63,040 nt of DNA from a virus (Duplodnaviria; Caudoviricetes), in IMG/VR virus record IMGVR_UViG_3300031939_000001, positions 1 to 63,040 of that record. One strand, written 5' to 3'. The translations under genes were made by a program, and so were the position numbers. Within the stretch, counting starts at the first letter, position 1, and each line of letters starts with the position of its first letter. Positions 48,247 to 58,549 of this stretch are shown in pieces. Below the pieces are notes generated by a model that saw only the letters and a list, made by a program, of their open reading frames with translations, ran no database searches and had not been told where the DNA came from.

Positions 48247-48626
48247 TTGCTCAGGTAATGGATTGCGCGCTCCAGGTGCAGGGCGTCGTCGCGAAATAAC
48301 CCAAGAGCGAGGTTGTGGCTGCTGCAGAGCACCCCACGAATGACGCCCGTCTCGTGACAGTGGTCGATGACGAGGCGGTCTGCGGAACCGCAAATCCAGC
48401 AGACCTTGCCCGCCTTGTACGCTGCGGCCTCGCCCTTTGTTAGCCCATGCCCAGCGTTACTGGGCTCCCCACTGCGGTCACGGTTCCTACCGCCGCGATT
48501 CTGAGACTTGCCAACCGCGCATAGATATGAGTTCCGATCCTTGCGGTGGTAAAGCCTCACCGGGCCACATGTCTGACATACGCCGCTCAGGGTCTGCGTG
48601 TTCTTTTCTAAGATCCGGTGCTGCAT
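48237..48626 (-). CDS. Endonuclease VII-family (His-Me) nuclease, likely free-standing homing endonuclease
   Basis: CWIC..LVIDHCHETG.IRGVLC..HN..LGLFRDD; lower GC. Confidence 0.85.
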   Translation of the reverse strand: MQHRILEKNTQTLSGVCQTCGPVRLYHRKDRNSYLCAVGKSQNRGGRNRDRSGEPSNAGHGLTKGEAAAYKAGKVCWICGSADRLVIDHCHETGVIRGVLCSSHNLALGLFRDDALHLERAIHYLSKRA

Positions 48627-48643
48627 CTGGTTATCCACTCGGG

Positions 48644-48692
48644 GTGACCCCCGGCCGCCTCTCGGAGTAGTGAGAGGCGGCCGGAGGTCACC
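48644..48692. terminator. Long hairpin downstream of the capsid gene
   Basis: GGTGACC..CCGGCCGCCTCTC / GAGAGGCGGCCGG..GGTCACC. Confidence 0.7.
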
Positions 48693-48708
48693 GATCGAGG
48701 GGGTTGGA

Positions 48709-50097
48709 TCAGCCGAAGGAGGGCGTGACCGCACCGGTGCCGGTGATGGTCGCGATCGACTCCAGGTGGCGGTTGACGATCGCGCCGATGTACGAGTAGG
48801 CGCGGAACAGCACGCCCACCGAGGAGGCGAACGGCTCGCGGAAGGCCTCCACGCGCAGGTCGCTCTCGTACAGCTCCAGGTCGTCGAACTTGGCCACGAT
48901 GATCGTGTCCTGGTTCGTGCCGGCGCCGACGTTGGTCGGGATCAGCGGGTCCACGTAGACCGGCAGGCCCAGCAGCTCGACGCCCTTGAAGCCGGGCGCG
49001 GAGGGCTGGGGGCCGCCGACGCCGATGGCGTTCATGGCCTGCGAGGACGGCACCATGAGCGGGCGGCCGTTGCCGTCGCTCTTGGAGGCCAGCCACCAGT
49101 ACCGGCGGGGGTGCATGACGATCGCGGTCGGCGCCTGCAGGCGGCCGCCCTCGACGGCGTTGATCGCCTGCGCCAGGGCGCCGTAGATGCCCTTGACCGT
49201 CGGGGTCGCCTCGGTCCAGGCGATCTGGTTGCCGGCCGCGATGGGCGCGGTGAGCAGACCGTTGACCACGGCGTTGTTGGACGCGCCGGTGCCCGCACCC
49301 GAGAGGGTGTTGACGCCGACCTGCTTGGCGTACTCGGCGGCCAGGTCACGCATGATGACCCGGTCGAAGTCGAGCGCCGTCTGGTCGAGCAGCTGCTGGC
49401 TCACGACCTGCGTGCCACCGAGCGTGCTGAAGCCGGTGCTGACGAAGCTGGACGTCATGTCCTGGCTGGTCAGCGCGGTGTTCTGGGTGGCCTGCTCGCC
49501 GATCGCGGTCCCGCCGGTGATCTTCGGGATCGAGATGGAGGACACGCCGGAGGGCACCGGGTTGTGGTTGTAGAGCTCGGCGGTGACGCGGCCCGGGCGG
49601 ACGAGCTCGATGTACTCGTTCACCAGCCACGCCGGCGGGGCGAACTCGCCGCCGGACCCACCGGCGGTGTTGGTGTTGCCCAGCGCGCGCTGCTCGTCGG
49701 CCATCTGCCGGGAGTGCCGGACCAGGCGCTCCATCGCCTCGTGAGCGCCGGAGCCCTGCAGCGACCGGTAGCCCATGTCGCGGAAGAAGGACGACTGGCG
49801 GTTGCCCTTGGCGTAGACCGGGGCGTCGGTCACCTGGGCGCCGCCGACGCGACGCTCCTCGGTGCCCTCGCCGGCGGCCTTGCGGGCCTCGGCCTGCTTG
49901 GCCTCGGCGGCCTCGCGCGCCTCGAGCTCCTCGATGCGCTCGTCGGCCTTGCGGATCTCCTCGAGCTTCGCGTCGAACGCGGCGCTCTCCTCCTCGGAGA
50001 AGGCCTTGTCGTCGCGTGCCTCGGCGGTCTTGACCAGCGCGTCGAGCTCGGCGCGCAGGGCCTCCCGCCGCTCCCGCATGATCGCGGAGAGCTTCAT
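48709..50097 (-). CDS. Major capsid protein (HK97 fold with delta domain)
   Basis: Coiled-coil N-terminus; GGEFAPPAWL, VSQQLLDQ, IVMHPR, LLGLPVYVD. Confidence 0.92.
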   Translation of the reverse strand: MKLSAIMRERREALRAELDALVKTAEARDDKAFSEEESAAFDAKLEEIRKADERIEELEAREAAEAKQAEARKAAGEGTEERRVGGAQVTDAPVYAKGNRQSSFFRDMGYRSLQGSGAHEAMERLVRHSRQMADEQRALGNTNTAGGSGGEFAPPAWLVNEYIELVRPGRVTAELYNHNPVPSGVSSISIPKITGGTAIGEQATQNTALTSQDMTSSFVSTGFSTLGGTQVVSQQLLDQTALDFDRVIMRDLAAEYAKQVGVNTLSGAGTGASNNAVVNGLLTAPIAAGNQIAWTEATPTVKGIYGALAQAINAVEGGRLQAPTAIVMHPRRYWWLASKSDGNGRPLMVPSSQAMNAIGVGGPQPSAPGFKGVELLGLPVYVDPLIPTNVGAGTNQDTIIVAKFDDLELYESDLRVEAFREPFASSVGVLFRAYSYIGAIVNRHLESIATITGTGAVTPSFG

Positions 50098-50362
50098 GGT
50101 GCTGACACCTCTTTCTGGGGTGCGTGGGGTGGGGGGTCCGCTGGTCGCGAGACGTGGCGCGAGGCGTGGGCATGGCCGAGCCGTGGCGCGAGTCGTGGCA
50201 GTGCGGGGTGTGAAAGCCCCGCCAGTCCCGGAGGACGACGGGGAGGAGTGCGGAAGCCGCCTGACGGCTGGGCCCGGGGGCCCTTCGTCGCCGTCAGGGG
50301 TCCGCGAAGGCCCGCCGAGCTGTGAGCCAGGGGCTCAGGCCGGGCGGGTGGTCAGAGGGGTC

Positions 50363-50578
50363 TCAGACCCCGGTGGGGTGGTGCCGGGCGCACCACGGGG
50401 TGCCGCCGGCGGTGTGCTTGCCGATGCGCGGGCACCGGCGGGCGTGGCAGTTGTTGCGGTGCAGCCACGCGCCGCCGATCAGCAGCGACGGCACCTGCGG
50501 GGCGAAGCCCGACCAGAGGTTGTAGGGCGTCGACTGCCCGGGGTTGTCCAGTCCGAGCAGGTGGGCCAGCCAGCCCAT
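50363..50578 (-). CDS. Small membrane protein with Cys/His tail
   Basis: YNLWSGF..NCHARRCPRIG..CARHHP. Confidence 0.65.
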   Translation of the reverse strand: MGWLAHLLGLDNPGQSTPYNLWSGFAPQVPSLLIGGAWLHRNNCHARRCPRIGKHTAGGTPWCARHHPTGV

Positions 50579-50583
50579 GGCGC

Positions 50584-51624
50584 TCAGGCGGCCTTGCGGA
50601 CGCCCAGGGCCTGCACCAGTCGGCGAGCGTCGGACAGGCCGCGACGCTGCGCCGCCTGCTCGACGTCGACCTGCTCGGCGGCCGGCGCCTCGCGCTGCTC
50701 CACCTCGGGCCGCTCGGCGGACCGCTCGTCGTCGGCCACCAGCGGCTTGTCGCCGTCGGGGTCGGTCACGGTGACGTAGGTGGAGCGCCGGCGCACCTGC
50801 TCGGCCTCGCCGGAGAGGGTGGCCATACCGTCGGCCGCCAGCGAGTAGCCCTGCCGGTACATGTCCGAGTCGCCCCGGGTCCAGAGGGTGAAGTAGACGT
50901 AGACGTCGTCCCAGTCCTCCAGGTAGGCCCAGCCCTGCTCGGAGTAGGCGTCGCTGATCGCCTCGGAGAGCGAGGAGGCGGTGTCGTTCGCCGTCATCCG
51001 CTGCTCGGCCTCGATCTGGGCGATGGCCCGGCGAAGCTCGAGGAGCTGGCCGGCGCCGACGGTGCGGCCGCCGCGCAGTTCGCGGGCGGTCTGCTCGACG
51101 AACAGCGCCCGGGCCTCGCGGACCGAGGCCGAGGTGGCCTCGCTGGCCGGGTAGGTCACGATCGACACGTCGCCGCCGTTGAGCGAGACGTCGACCAGCG
51201 TGCGGACCGCCTTGTCGCCGGTGTAGTCCCACTCCGAGCCGTTGGCCGCCACCCGGAAGGCGAAGGACATCTGGTCGAGGTCGCCCCTGCGCATCTTCGG
51301 CAGCAGGCGCTGCACGTCGGGGTCGGACGTGTCCAGCTCGGCGCGCATGTGCAGGCCGACCTCGTCGACCGTGAGCAGCAGCGTGCCGCTCTTGGTCCGG
51401 GCCAGCGGCTGGCCCTCGTGGTCGACGAGCAGCCGCACGTCCGGCTCGGCCGACAGGGTGCGGTTGAAGGCCGAGCGGTTGACCTTCTCGATGAACGGGC
51501 CGAGGTCGTACTCGGCGTCGAAGACGCTGGCGTAGCCCTCGACGATGACCGGCGCGGCCTCCTCGTCGGAGGTGCGCAGCTCGAACGTCCTGGCGACGGC
51601 GCGCTTCTCGATGGCAGCGTGCAT
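50584..51624 (-). CDS. HK97-type prohead protease with C-terminal extension
   Basis: GYASVF, LLVDH, LARTKSGTL, MSFAF, DVSIVTYPA. Confidence 0.92.
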   Translation of the reverse strand: MHAAIEKRAVARTFELRTSDEEAAPVIVEGYASVFDAEYDLGPFIEKVNRSAFNRTLSAEPDVRLLVDHEGQPLARTKSGTLLLTVDEVGLHMRAELDTSDPDVQRLLPKMRRGDLDQMSFAFRVAANGSEWDYTGDKAVRTLVDVSLNGGDVSIVTYPASEATSASVREARALFVEQTARELRGGRTVGAGQLLELRRAIAQIEAEQRMTANDTASSLSEAISDAYSEQGWAYLEDWDDVYVYFTLWTRGDSDMYRQGYSLAADGMATLSGEAEQVRRRSTYVTVTDPDGDKPLVADDERSAERPEVEQREAPAAEQVDVEQAAQRRGLSDARRLVQALGVRKAA

Positions 51625-51626
51625 GG

Positions 51627-52895
51627 TCAGACTCCCGTGGGGTTCTCGTCGTCGGGCGTCTCGCCCTTGTCGCTGGTGGGGGTGAGGAGCGGAGCCGAGC
51701 CCGACGGGCGGCCGAGGGGCGAGATCGTGAGGGGGACCATCGCGATCTCCTCCTGCTGCTCCTTGGTCATGGGCGGCAGGCCGTCGCGGGTGCGGATCTC
51801 GGAGGGGGCGACCACCTTGCCGGCGAGCCGGAGCAGGTCGACCTGGGTCTGGGTGTGCGCGTCGAGGCGCAGCAGGGGCTCGACGTTGAACTTCACGAAC
51901 TGACTGCCGGGCAGCAGCGGGAAGATCGAGTCCTCGAGCCGCTTGAGCCAGTGGCCCACGGAGTAGGTGAGGAAGCTGATCGCCCGCTGCTCGACGTTGG
52001 TGTAGGTCATCGACGAGCCGGACGGGCCGTCGATCATCGAGGCCGGGACGGTGAAGAAGCGCGCGATCTGGGTGACGTTCGCTTCCATCGTCTTGAGGAA
52101 CTGGCTCTCCTCGGGCTTGACCTGGATCTGCTGGTAGTCCAGGCCCATGCCGAGCACCACCGGCTCGCGGCCGCGCATCGCGGCCAGCACCCGCTCCTTG
52201 ATCGTGCGGGCCTGCTCGGCGTTGATCTGCTGGTCGGACTGCAGGATCGCCTTGGGGATGCCAGAGCCCTGGAAGAACTGGCTGGCGAAGTCCCGGGCGC
52301 CCAGGTCGATGCCGAGCATCGCCGCGGCGTAGGAGATCGGGGAGAGCCCGACGACGTCACCGGGCAGGGTGAGCCCCTTGCAGTGCCAGATTTCGTCGCG
52401 CGGGATCACCGCGCTCTTGCCGGTCCCGCTGGCCCAGCGGTACTCGACCTCGCCGCTGTCCCGGTTGACCCGCACGCTGACCGAGTCCGGGTTGACGATG
52501 TGCACGCCGGTCGGCAGCATCATCGAGTCGCGGCCGGTGATCAGCCCGTAGCAGTTGCCGCGCAGCAGCAGGCTCACCATGACCATGTGCAGCCACTCGG
52601 ACTGCGTGACCTTCGGCTCCGGCTCGACCATCAGCGCGGAGTCGGCGAGCTTCTTCGGGATCGGCGAGGCGTCGTTGCGCTTGGGCCGCTTGAAGGTCTC
52701 CAACGGCAGCGAGCTGATCGTGTTGGCCAGCAGGCTCACGCACGCCCACACCGTGGGGATCTGCAGCGCGATGTCGGGGTTGGTGCTCGGCGTGACGAAG
52801 CCGCCCGGGTCGGCGCCCGGGAACGGGGGGATCGGAGGGACGGGAAAGAGCGGTGTCGGCGAGGTGCGGGTTTCGCGACCGAACAGGAGGCCCAC
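51627..52895 (-). CDS. Portal protein (HK97 family)
   Basis: VWACV, LLLRGN.Y, GLSPI, QFL..IARFF.VP, EIR..GLPP. Confidence 0.94.
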   Translation of the reverse strand: MGLLFGRETRTSPTPLFPVPPIPPFPGADPGGFVTPSTNPDIALQIPTVWACVSLLANTISSLPLETFKRPKRNDASPIPKKLADSALMVEPEPKVTQSEWLHMVMVSLLLRGNCYGLITGRDSMMLPTGVHIVNPDSVSVRVNRDSGEVEYRWASGTGKSAVIPRDEIWHCKGLTLPGDVVGLSPISYAAAMLGIDLGARDFASQFFQGSGIPKAILQSDQQINAEQARTIKERVLAAMRGREPVVLGMGLDYQQIQVKPEESQFLKTMEANVTQIARFFTVPASMIDGPSGSSMTYTNVEQRAISFLTYSVGHWLKRLEDSIFPLLPGSQFVKFNVEPLLRLDAHTQTQVDLLRLAGKVVAPSEIRTRDGLPPMTKEQQEEIAMVPLTISPLGRPSGSAPLLTPTSDKGETPDDENPTGV

Positions 52896-52920
52896 CCGTG
52901 CCCCCTTTCTCGGGATCGAG

Positions 52921-53049
52921 TTAGCTGGTCGCGCGGTCGACGGCGAGGAGTACGCCGCCGACGATCAGAGCGATGGGAATGGAGAGAAGGGCGATTCCGC
53001 CGACGATCAGAACGAAGGCGAAGAGGGCCTCTATGTCGCGAATGGTCAC
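52921..53049 (-). CDS. Small hydrophobic protein between terminase and portal
   Basis: Two-TM 42-aa ORF with GTGA overlap. Confidence 0.6.
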   Translation of the reverse strand: MTIRDIEALFAFVLIVGGIALLSIPIALIVGGVLLAVDRATS

Positions 53050-54524
53050 CAGACGCTTCCTGCTATGTCGCCGCCGTAGGTGCGGTGGCCCCAGCAGGCC
53101 AACGTCGCGCTGACCAGCGGCGTGATGTCGGATAGGGGCTTCTTGCGGTCCCAGGCGATACCGCCGGCAAGGTCGCGGAGCACGGCGTCGCGCACCGAGA
53201 CGTCCAGTTCCTCCTGGCCAAGGTGCCGAATGGCCTTCTCCTTGACCGCGTCATAGAGCCAGCCGCAGGCGGCGGCGTAGTCGCGGGCCGTGACCTTGTG
53301 GACCTTGACGCCGGACTTCTCCATCTCGTCGGAGAGGGTGTTCGCGGGGCTTGCCGGGTCGATTACGACCGATCCGCCCCACTTTCGGGTCTTTTCGACC
53401 AGGAATGGCACGATCCAGTCGGTTCCGGGCGCGTTTTCGACCAGTTCCAGGTGCGGAATGCCGTCATAACGGGCGCCGCAGAGGCTCACGGAGGCCCGCT
53501 TGCGGTCCACCGAGACGTCCAGCGCCCACGTCGGGGTGCCGTCGACCTGGCTGCCGGCGTAGTCGCGCTCGGCGTCCGGGCCGTCCGCGCAGGCCTCCCA
53601 GCGCCCGGCCGCGAACACGCCGCCGGCGTTGGGGTCCTCGTCCCACCAGCCGAGGCGCTCGCGGGCGAACTCCTCGGGCGGCATGGCGCGGCGCTCGGAC
53701 TGGACGAACTCCAGGGCGATCCGGCGGCCGAGCTGGGGGTTGGCGCGGAACCAGCGACTCTCGTCATCGAGCCGGCAGCCCCTGACCTGGCCGAACTTGT
53801 GGGTGCAGGCGTCCTTCTGGCGGCACTCGCCGCCGACGTCGTCGGTCCACTCGACGTAGGCCAGCCGGGGATCGCGGCCGGGGCGGCCGCGGTCTCGGAT
53901 CGAGCGCAGCACGGCGCTCTGCTCGAGCCCGGCCGACGAGGCGTAGATGATCTGCGGGTCGGGGCGGGCCGACAGTGTCGGCAGCAGCGCGCCCATGTGC
54001 TCGGGCTGCAGGGCGAAGGCCTCGTCGAGGATGATCTTGTCCCCCGAGAGGCCACGGCCGCCGGTCTTGGTGCGGGCCTTGAACTTGATCCGACTGCGAC
54101 CGTCGTGGGTCTCGATGCCCTCGTCGCCGTTGCCCCGGGTGATCTTGACCCGGCTGGCCAGGGCGTCGGAGCCTTCGACCAGCTCGCACAGATCCCGGAA
54201 GGACTCCTGGGCGGTCGAATACTCGTGCGCCGACCAGATCACCAGCCGTTCGTCCGTGACGAAAAGCCAGCCGAGGGCCAGCATCTTGCACCAGCCGGTC
54301 TTCATGTTCTGGCGGCTGACGATCAGGCCCAGGTCGAAGGCGGCGCGCTTGCCGTCGGCGCGGAAGCCGAACGCGGCGTCCAGCAGGAGCTGCTGCTCGG
54401 CGTCGGGCGTGAAGCCGACCATCGAGCAGAGCTCGCCGACCTCCGGGCCCAGCGTGTAGGCGTAGTCGGGGAGGTGGCAGAACGCGGGCTCGACCAGGCC
54501 GGGGTAGTCAGCGAGCGGCGGCAC
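53046..54524 (-). CDS. terL: Terminase large subunit
   Basis: SRQNMKT, GRGLSGD.IILDEA, ANPQLG, F.RERLG.W, ALDVS, DITPL. Confidence 0.93.
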   Translation of the reverse strand: MPPLADYPGLVEPAFCHLPDYAYTLGPEVGELCSMVGFTPDAEQQLLLDAAFGFRADGKRAAFDLGLIVSRQNMKTGWCKMLALGWLFVTDERLVIWSAHEYSTAQESFRDLCELVEGSDALASRVKITRGNGDEGIETHDGRSRIKFKARTKTGGRGLSGDKIILDEAFALQPEHMGALLPTLSARPDPQIIYASSAGLEQSAVLRSIRDRGRPGRDPRLAYVEWTDDVGGECRQKDACTHKFGQVRGCRLDDESRWFRANPQLGRRIALEFVQSERRAMPPEEFARERLGWWDEDPNAGGVFAAGRWEACADGPDAERDYAGSQVDGTPTWALDVSVDRKRASVSLCGARYDGIPHLELVENAPGTDWIVPFLVEKTRKWGGSVVIDPASPANTLSDEMEKSGVKVHKVTARDYAAACGWLYDAVKEKAIRHLGQEELDVSVRDAVLRDLAGGIAWDRKKPLSDITPLVSATLACWGHRTYGGDIAGSVW

Positions 54525-54945
54525 GCTTGTGGTCCCGCTTGGCCCGCAACTCGTCGAGCGGGTCGGCGACCTTCACCTCGGCGCCGGCGAGGGCGGCCTC
54601 CATCGTGGTCCGCAGTTCCTTGACCATCGGGGCGTAGCCCATCGCCGCGGTGGTGGTGTCCACCCGCATGGCGAGGTTGAGCGCGACCGAGCCCAGCCAG
54701 GTGTCGGCCCGGCCGGCGGCGGTCAGGGCGGCGAGCACCTTGGCGTAGGTTCCACCCGGGCCGCCGGGCTGCTCCGTTGCCTCACCGACTGTGGAAGTCG
54801 GCCCGGCGGTCGCCGCCTTCTTCTCGGCGCGCACCTTCCGCTTGCGACAGCGGTCCGAGCAATACTTGCTGGCCGGGTGGTGGGCGACGAACGACTCCTC
54901 GCAGGCCTGGCAGACGCGCTTGTATTCGTGATCACCCATCGCCAT
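54508..54945 (-). CDS. terS: Terminase small subunit with N-terminal zinc ribbon
   Basis: CQAC..YCSDRC; LA.RVD; DPLDELRAKR; directly upstream of terL. Confidence 0.78.
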   Translation of the reverse strand: MAMGDHEYKRVCQACEESFVAHHPASKYCSDRCRKRKVRAEKKAATAGPTSTVGEATEQPGGPGGTYAKVLAALTAAGRADTWLGSVALNLAMRVDTTTAAMGYAPMVKELRTTMEAALAGAEVKVADPLDELRAKRDHKRAAAR

Positions 54946-55035
54946 CGCGCGTCACCTCCTGGGCCGCCGTCCGGGGTCGGTAAGATCGGCCCTTCGGGCC
55001 GGTGAAAGGTCAAAGTCGGACCCTGCTTTTAGCGC

Positions 55036-55090
55036 GGGGAGATTTTTGGCGACTGCGAGCGCGGTCAGCCGACCACCCCCCAAAAACGGG
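55036..55090. other. Candidate cos site
   Basis: GGCGAC-TGCGAGCGCG-GTCAGCC dyad between TTTTT and AAAAA tracts, about 110 bp upstream of terS. Confidence 0.45.
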
Positions 55091-55103
55091 GATAATGGCG
55101 CCC

Positions 55104-55245
55104 GGGAATGGCCCGTCGCCATTCCCGGAATGGTGCGCCTGCCATTCCGCGTGCCATTCCGCGTGCCCCTCGCCGGCCGTTACCCGTAGCCATTCAGTAG
55201 CCATTCCGTAGTGCCATTCCACACAATGGCGCATGGCCATTCCGC
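55104..55245 (+). repeat. GCCATTCC repeat cluster (7 direct copies plus inverted ones)
   Basis: Copies at 55118, 55141, 55153, 55189, 55200, 55213, 55236. Confidence 0.8.
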
Positions 55246-55539
55246 ACCATGCGTGGCGCCCATGGGCCCGGTGGTGGCAGGGGTAGGCGTGGCATGGCGC
55301 GCGGCATGGGCGCGGGTACCGGTCGGGCACGGTGCGGCCGTCGTCGGCGCGCGCCCTGGTCGCGCCCTGGTCAGCTGCCACCTAGCCGGGCCGGGCGCCT
55401 AGGGACACGGTTCGCCGGCTGGGACGGCCGTGCCCGCGACGGGCCAGCTCCCGTGCGGGAAGGGTGAGGCGTACCTGTATCTATGCGCGCGGTACTGCTA
55501 CGCTCGACCGGTCAGCAGTACGGAGGAAGGGATCCCGGA

Positions 55540-56494
55540 ATGTCCGAAGTCATCACGCGCGCCGACGTGGTCGCAGCCCTACGCCGCTACGGCGTGCCTG
55601 CCCGACTGGTCACGCTCGGCGGTGGAGTGCTCGCCGTTGATTGCGTCAGCGACCCTGCCCAGACTGACCAGTCAGTCATCATCACGCTTGACCTAGGCGC
55701 CGAGAGCACTGTGAGCAGTGTGGGGAGTGCCGAGATATCGGCGAACTACCCGCCGGACCCCAATCGGCCGGACGACTGTCCGCACCGTGAGGTAATCGCT
55801 TGGGAGGCTGACCACATAGCGCGACGCGCTATTGAGGTCGGTCGGGAGCTGGGCCTAACGACACTGCGGCCACTCGACCCGCGCGACTACGTGTCGGCCG
55901 CCGAATACCTCGGCACCGTCGATTACTGCCCGACCGGTCTGTCAAACGCGACTGACCGGGAACTAGACGCGCTAGAACGTGCCGCGCGCCGTAAGGGCTG
56001 GCGGCCGACTGGCGAGGCCGACACGGCCGACACGGGCGAGGACTGGGCACGGTGCGAGCTATTCGGTCACGAATGGAACGCGGACGACGTGTGCGACGCT
56101 TGCGGCGCCCCGATGGGTGAGCAGTCGTGACCGGGCGACGGATGGCACGGTGCCCGTACTGCGCCGATGATCGCTCGGCGCAGTACCGTGGAATCTGCGA
56201 CGGCTGCCCATCGGGACGAGCGCAGACCGTGCGGAACGTGCGCGGCCACTGGGGCGCCGCGACGGTCTGCGCTGATCACGAGCATGGTGCGCAGTCGTGA
56301 CCGGGCCGGTCTTCATCCGTATCGCCGTCGTTGGCTGCCCGTGCGGACTCTTCCCGCTGGCCGATGCGACGCACCGGACGTCGCGCGGCGCATGGGAGGC
56401 TGCCGCGCGACACGTTGCGCTAAATCCCGACAAGTGTCGGCCGGTCACAGCATGGGACTACGTACCGCCGGGGCTAGTGCCTGACCGCGACTAG
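55540..56494 (+). CDS. Three hypothetical genes (55540-56130, 56127-56300, 56297-56494)
   Basis: GAAGGG RBS, GTGA overlaps, upstream promoter. Confidence 0.65.
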
Positions 56495-56508
56495 CCGCGC
56501 GACCCGCT

Positions 56509-56610
56509 ATCGGGCCCGCCTCACCCAATCGGGGAGGCGGGCCCGACACGTTCCCGAGAGTGTTTGACACGTAGCAGCGGCGTACTGCTAGTCTGACCCC
56601 TGTCAGCAGT
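56509..56610 (+). promoter_or_regulatory. Terminator hairpin + promoter + GTCAGCAG leader unit
   Basis: CGGGCCCG..CGGGCCCG hairpin; TTGACA (56564), TAGTCT (56589), GTCAGCAG (56602). Confidence 0.75.
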
Positions 56611-56633
56611 TCCCAGACCGAAGGGTTACCACC

Positions 56634-57326
56634 ATGACCAGCACAACCGTCCCGGCCGATCCGACCACGGTTGCGGCCGATGCGCCGTCGCGCGTCGCGG
56701 GTATCGGAAGCGTCCGGCCCAGTGACCTCGTCCGTGCGCTGGACGCCGTGATGCCGCACGCGTCCACTGACGCATTCCTGCCGATGCTGAATGCCGTCAA
56801 GATCGAGACTCGCCTCTTCCCGACGGCCGATGGTGAGGCGCCGCGACTGGTCTTCGTCGCGACCGACCGTTACACGCTCGGGACCTACTCGATCCCGTGG
56901 GACGGTGGTGAGGTTAGTGCGCTGCTGTCGCTGACCGATGCCAAGGAACTACACCGCTTTGCCAAGGGTGCGGACAAGGTCATTCGTGACCGCGCGGGAT
57001 CGCTCCTGCTCGACGTGTCCGGCGGGCAGGTCTGCAACGTCAACGACGTGACCGGGCGCCGCGCAACCTACCTGCTCGGCGACGGCGCGACCTACGTCAA
57101 GTGGCAGGCAGTGATGCCGGGCGCTGACTACGGAACGGGCGAGACCGGCCGTATCGACGTGATCGGAGTCAATCCGGTGCTACTGGCGAAGTTCGCCAAG
57201 GCTGCCGGGAAGGGTGAGCCGATCCGCCTGCAGTTCGGACCGTCGGCCGTCAAGCCAGTGCGTATCACCGTCGGCGACTTTGTCGGTCTGATCATGCCGG
57301 TCAGGCTGCCCGACACGTCCGCCTGA
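56634..57326 (+). CDS. DNA polymerase III beta-clamp-like protein (two domains)
   Basis: ASTD..LPMLNAV, VATDRYTL, Y.KW..V, GVNP.LL, KPVRI..GLIMPVRL. Confidence 0.8.
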   Translation: MTSTTVPADPTTVAADAPSRVAGIGSVRPSDLVRALDAVMPHASTDAFLPMLNAVKIETRLFPTADGEAPRLVFVATDRYTLGTYSIPWDGGEVSALLSLTDAKELHRFAKGADKVIRDRAGSLLLDVSGGQVCNVNDVTGRRATYLLGDGATYVKWQAVMPGADYGTGETGRIDVIGVNPVLLAKFAKAAGKGEPIRLQFGPSAVKPVRITVGDFVGLIMPVRLPDTSA

Positions 57327-57430
57327 CCGGTCAGGCACCGTCGGGCCCGTTCCCTTCCATGGGGCGGGCCCGCGCGGCGCCTGACCGGTCACACGGCCGT
57401 TGTCAGCAGTCACAGAGGAAGGGGAGAGTC

Positions 57431-58128
57431 ATGGAACTGACCGAACTATCGGAGGATGCGCCCGGCTGGGTCGCGCGCGCCGATGACACGTCCGTGAGCC
57501 TATCTAACGACCCGGTCGAGAACGGTTACGACGTCCCGTCGGTCTGCGAATGGTGCGGGCAGGAACTGGACGACGACGACCCTGATGACGTTTGCATGTC
57601 GCCCCAATCGGAGGACGACCGGCACGCGCCCATCCCGGCGCCGTTGTCATGGGTCAACAGCGTGCACGCTTTCATTGACCCGCAACGGGATGAGGTCTGG
57701 GTCAGTATCTCCGTCGGCGACCCGCGCGGGGCATTCGTGATGCGCGCCGAGCGGATGCGCTGGACCGACGACGACGGCGACCACGACGAGATCCGACTAT
57801 CGGTCCCGTCGCCTGATCAGTCGCTCTTGCACATGCCGTTGACGCCGCTAGCGTCGCCCGGCTACTTCCGAGTCGGGAACTGACCGTGCGTATCAGCGGC
57901 GAGCTGGTCACCATTCCCGCGCGGGATATCCGCATCGGTGACGTGGTCATGTCGGGCGCGCCGACAGGCGTCGCCATGCGCTACGTGGTCGGGCAGCCCT
58001 ACGTTACTGACGGCTACGTCCGATTCCCGGTCGGAACCGAACCGAGCGGCTACGCACTGGGCCACTGGCAGGTGAGCGCCGACATTCTGTCGTATGCCGT
58101 TATCCGTGGGCTGACGACCGAGGACTAG
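57431..58128 (+). CDS. Two hypothetical genes (57431-57883 acidic, 57886-58128)
   Basis: GTCAGCAG leader and GAAGGG RBS. Confidence 0.65.
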
Positions 58129-58141
58129 CCGCGCGGCCGTT

Positions 58142-58240
58142 GCAACGGGCCCGATTCCCCAATCGTGGGAGTCGGGCCCGTTGCCGTGTCGCTGATGACA
58201 CGTAGCAGCGCAACGCGGTAGCGTCCGCCGTGTCAGCAGT
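58142..58240 (+). promoter_or_regulatory. Terminator hairpin + promoter + GTCAGCAG leader unit
   Basis: CAACGGGCCCGATTCCC..GGGAGTCGGGCCCGTTG; ATGACA-N18-TAGCGT; GTCAGCAG at 58232. Confidence 0.75.
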
Positions 58241-58263
58241 TCGCACTACCGAAGGGGGCCCCC

Positions 58264-58464
58264 ATGGGCGCCGTACTGGACCCGCAGACCGTGTCCGAGA
58301 TGCTCGGCACGCTCACTCTGCTCGGCACACTCTGCGCTTGCGCACTGGTCGGCAAGATCCGGGCGGCCGTGCGCCTGCACCGTGAGTGGTGCGCCATGCG
58401 TCGCCGCGCGGCCGACTACCGCGCGCGTCAGGCTGCTAGCCGCACGGCTCAGCGCGCGGCATGA
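58264..58464 (+). CDS. Small membrane protein
   Basis: One TM plus basic tail; GAAGGG RBS. Confidence 0.55.
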   Translation: MGAVLDPQTVSEMLGTLTLLGTLCACALVGKIRAAVRLHREWCAMRRRAADYRARQAASRTAQRAA

Positions 58465-58510
58465 TCACGCTCGGCGCTAGCGGCCGTGAGTAGCCGCTAG
58501 CGCGTCACTG

Positions 58511-58549
58511 ACGGGCCCGATTCCCCATTCGTGGGAGTCGGGCCCGTTT
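58511..58549 (+). terminator. Near-identical copy of the 58145 hairpin with T tail
   Basis: ACGGGCCCGATTCCCCATTCGTGGGAGTCGGGCCCGTTT. Confidence 0.78.
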
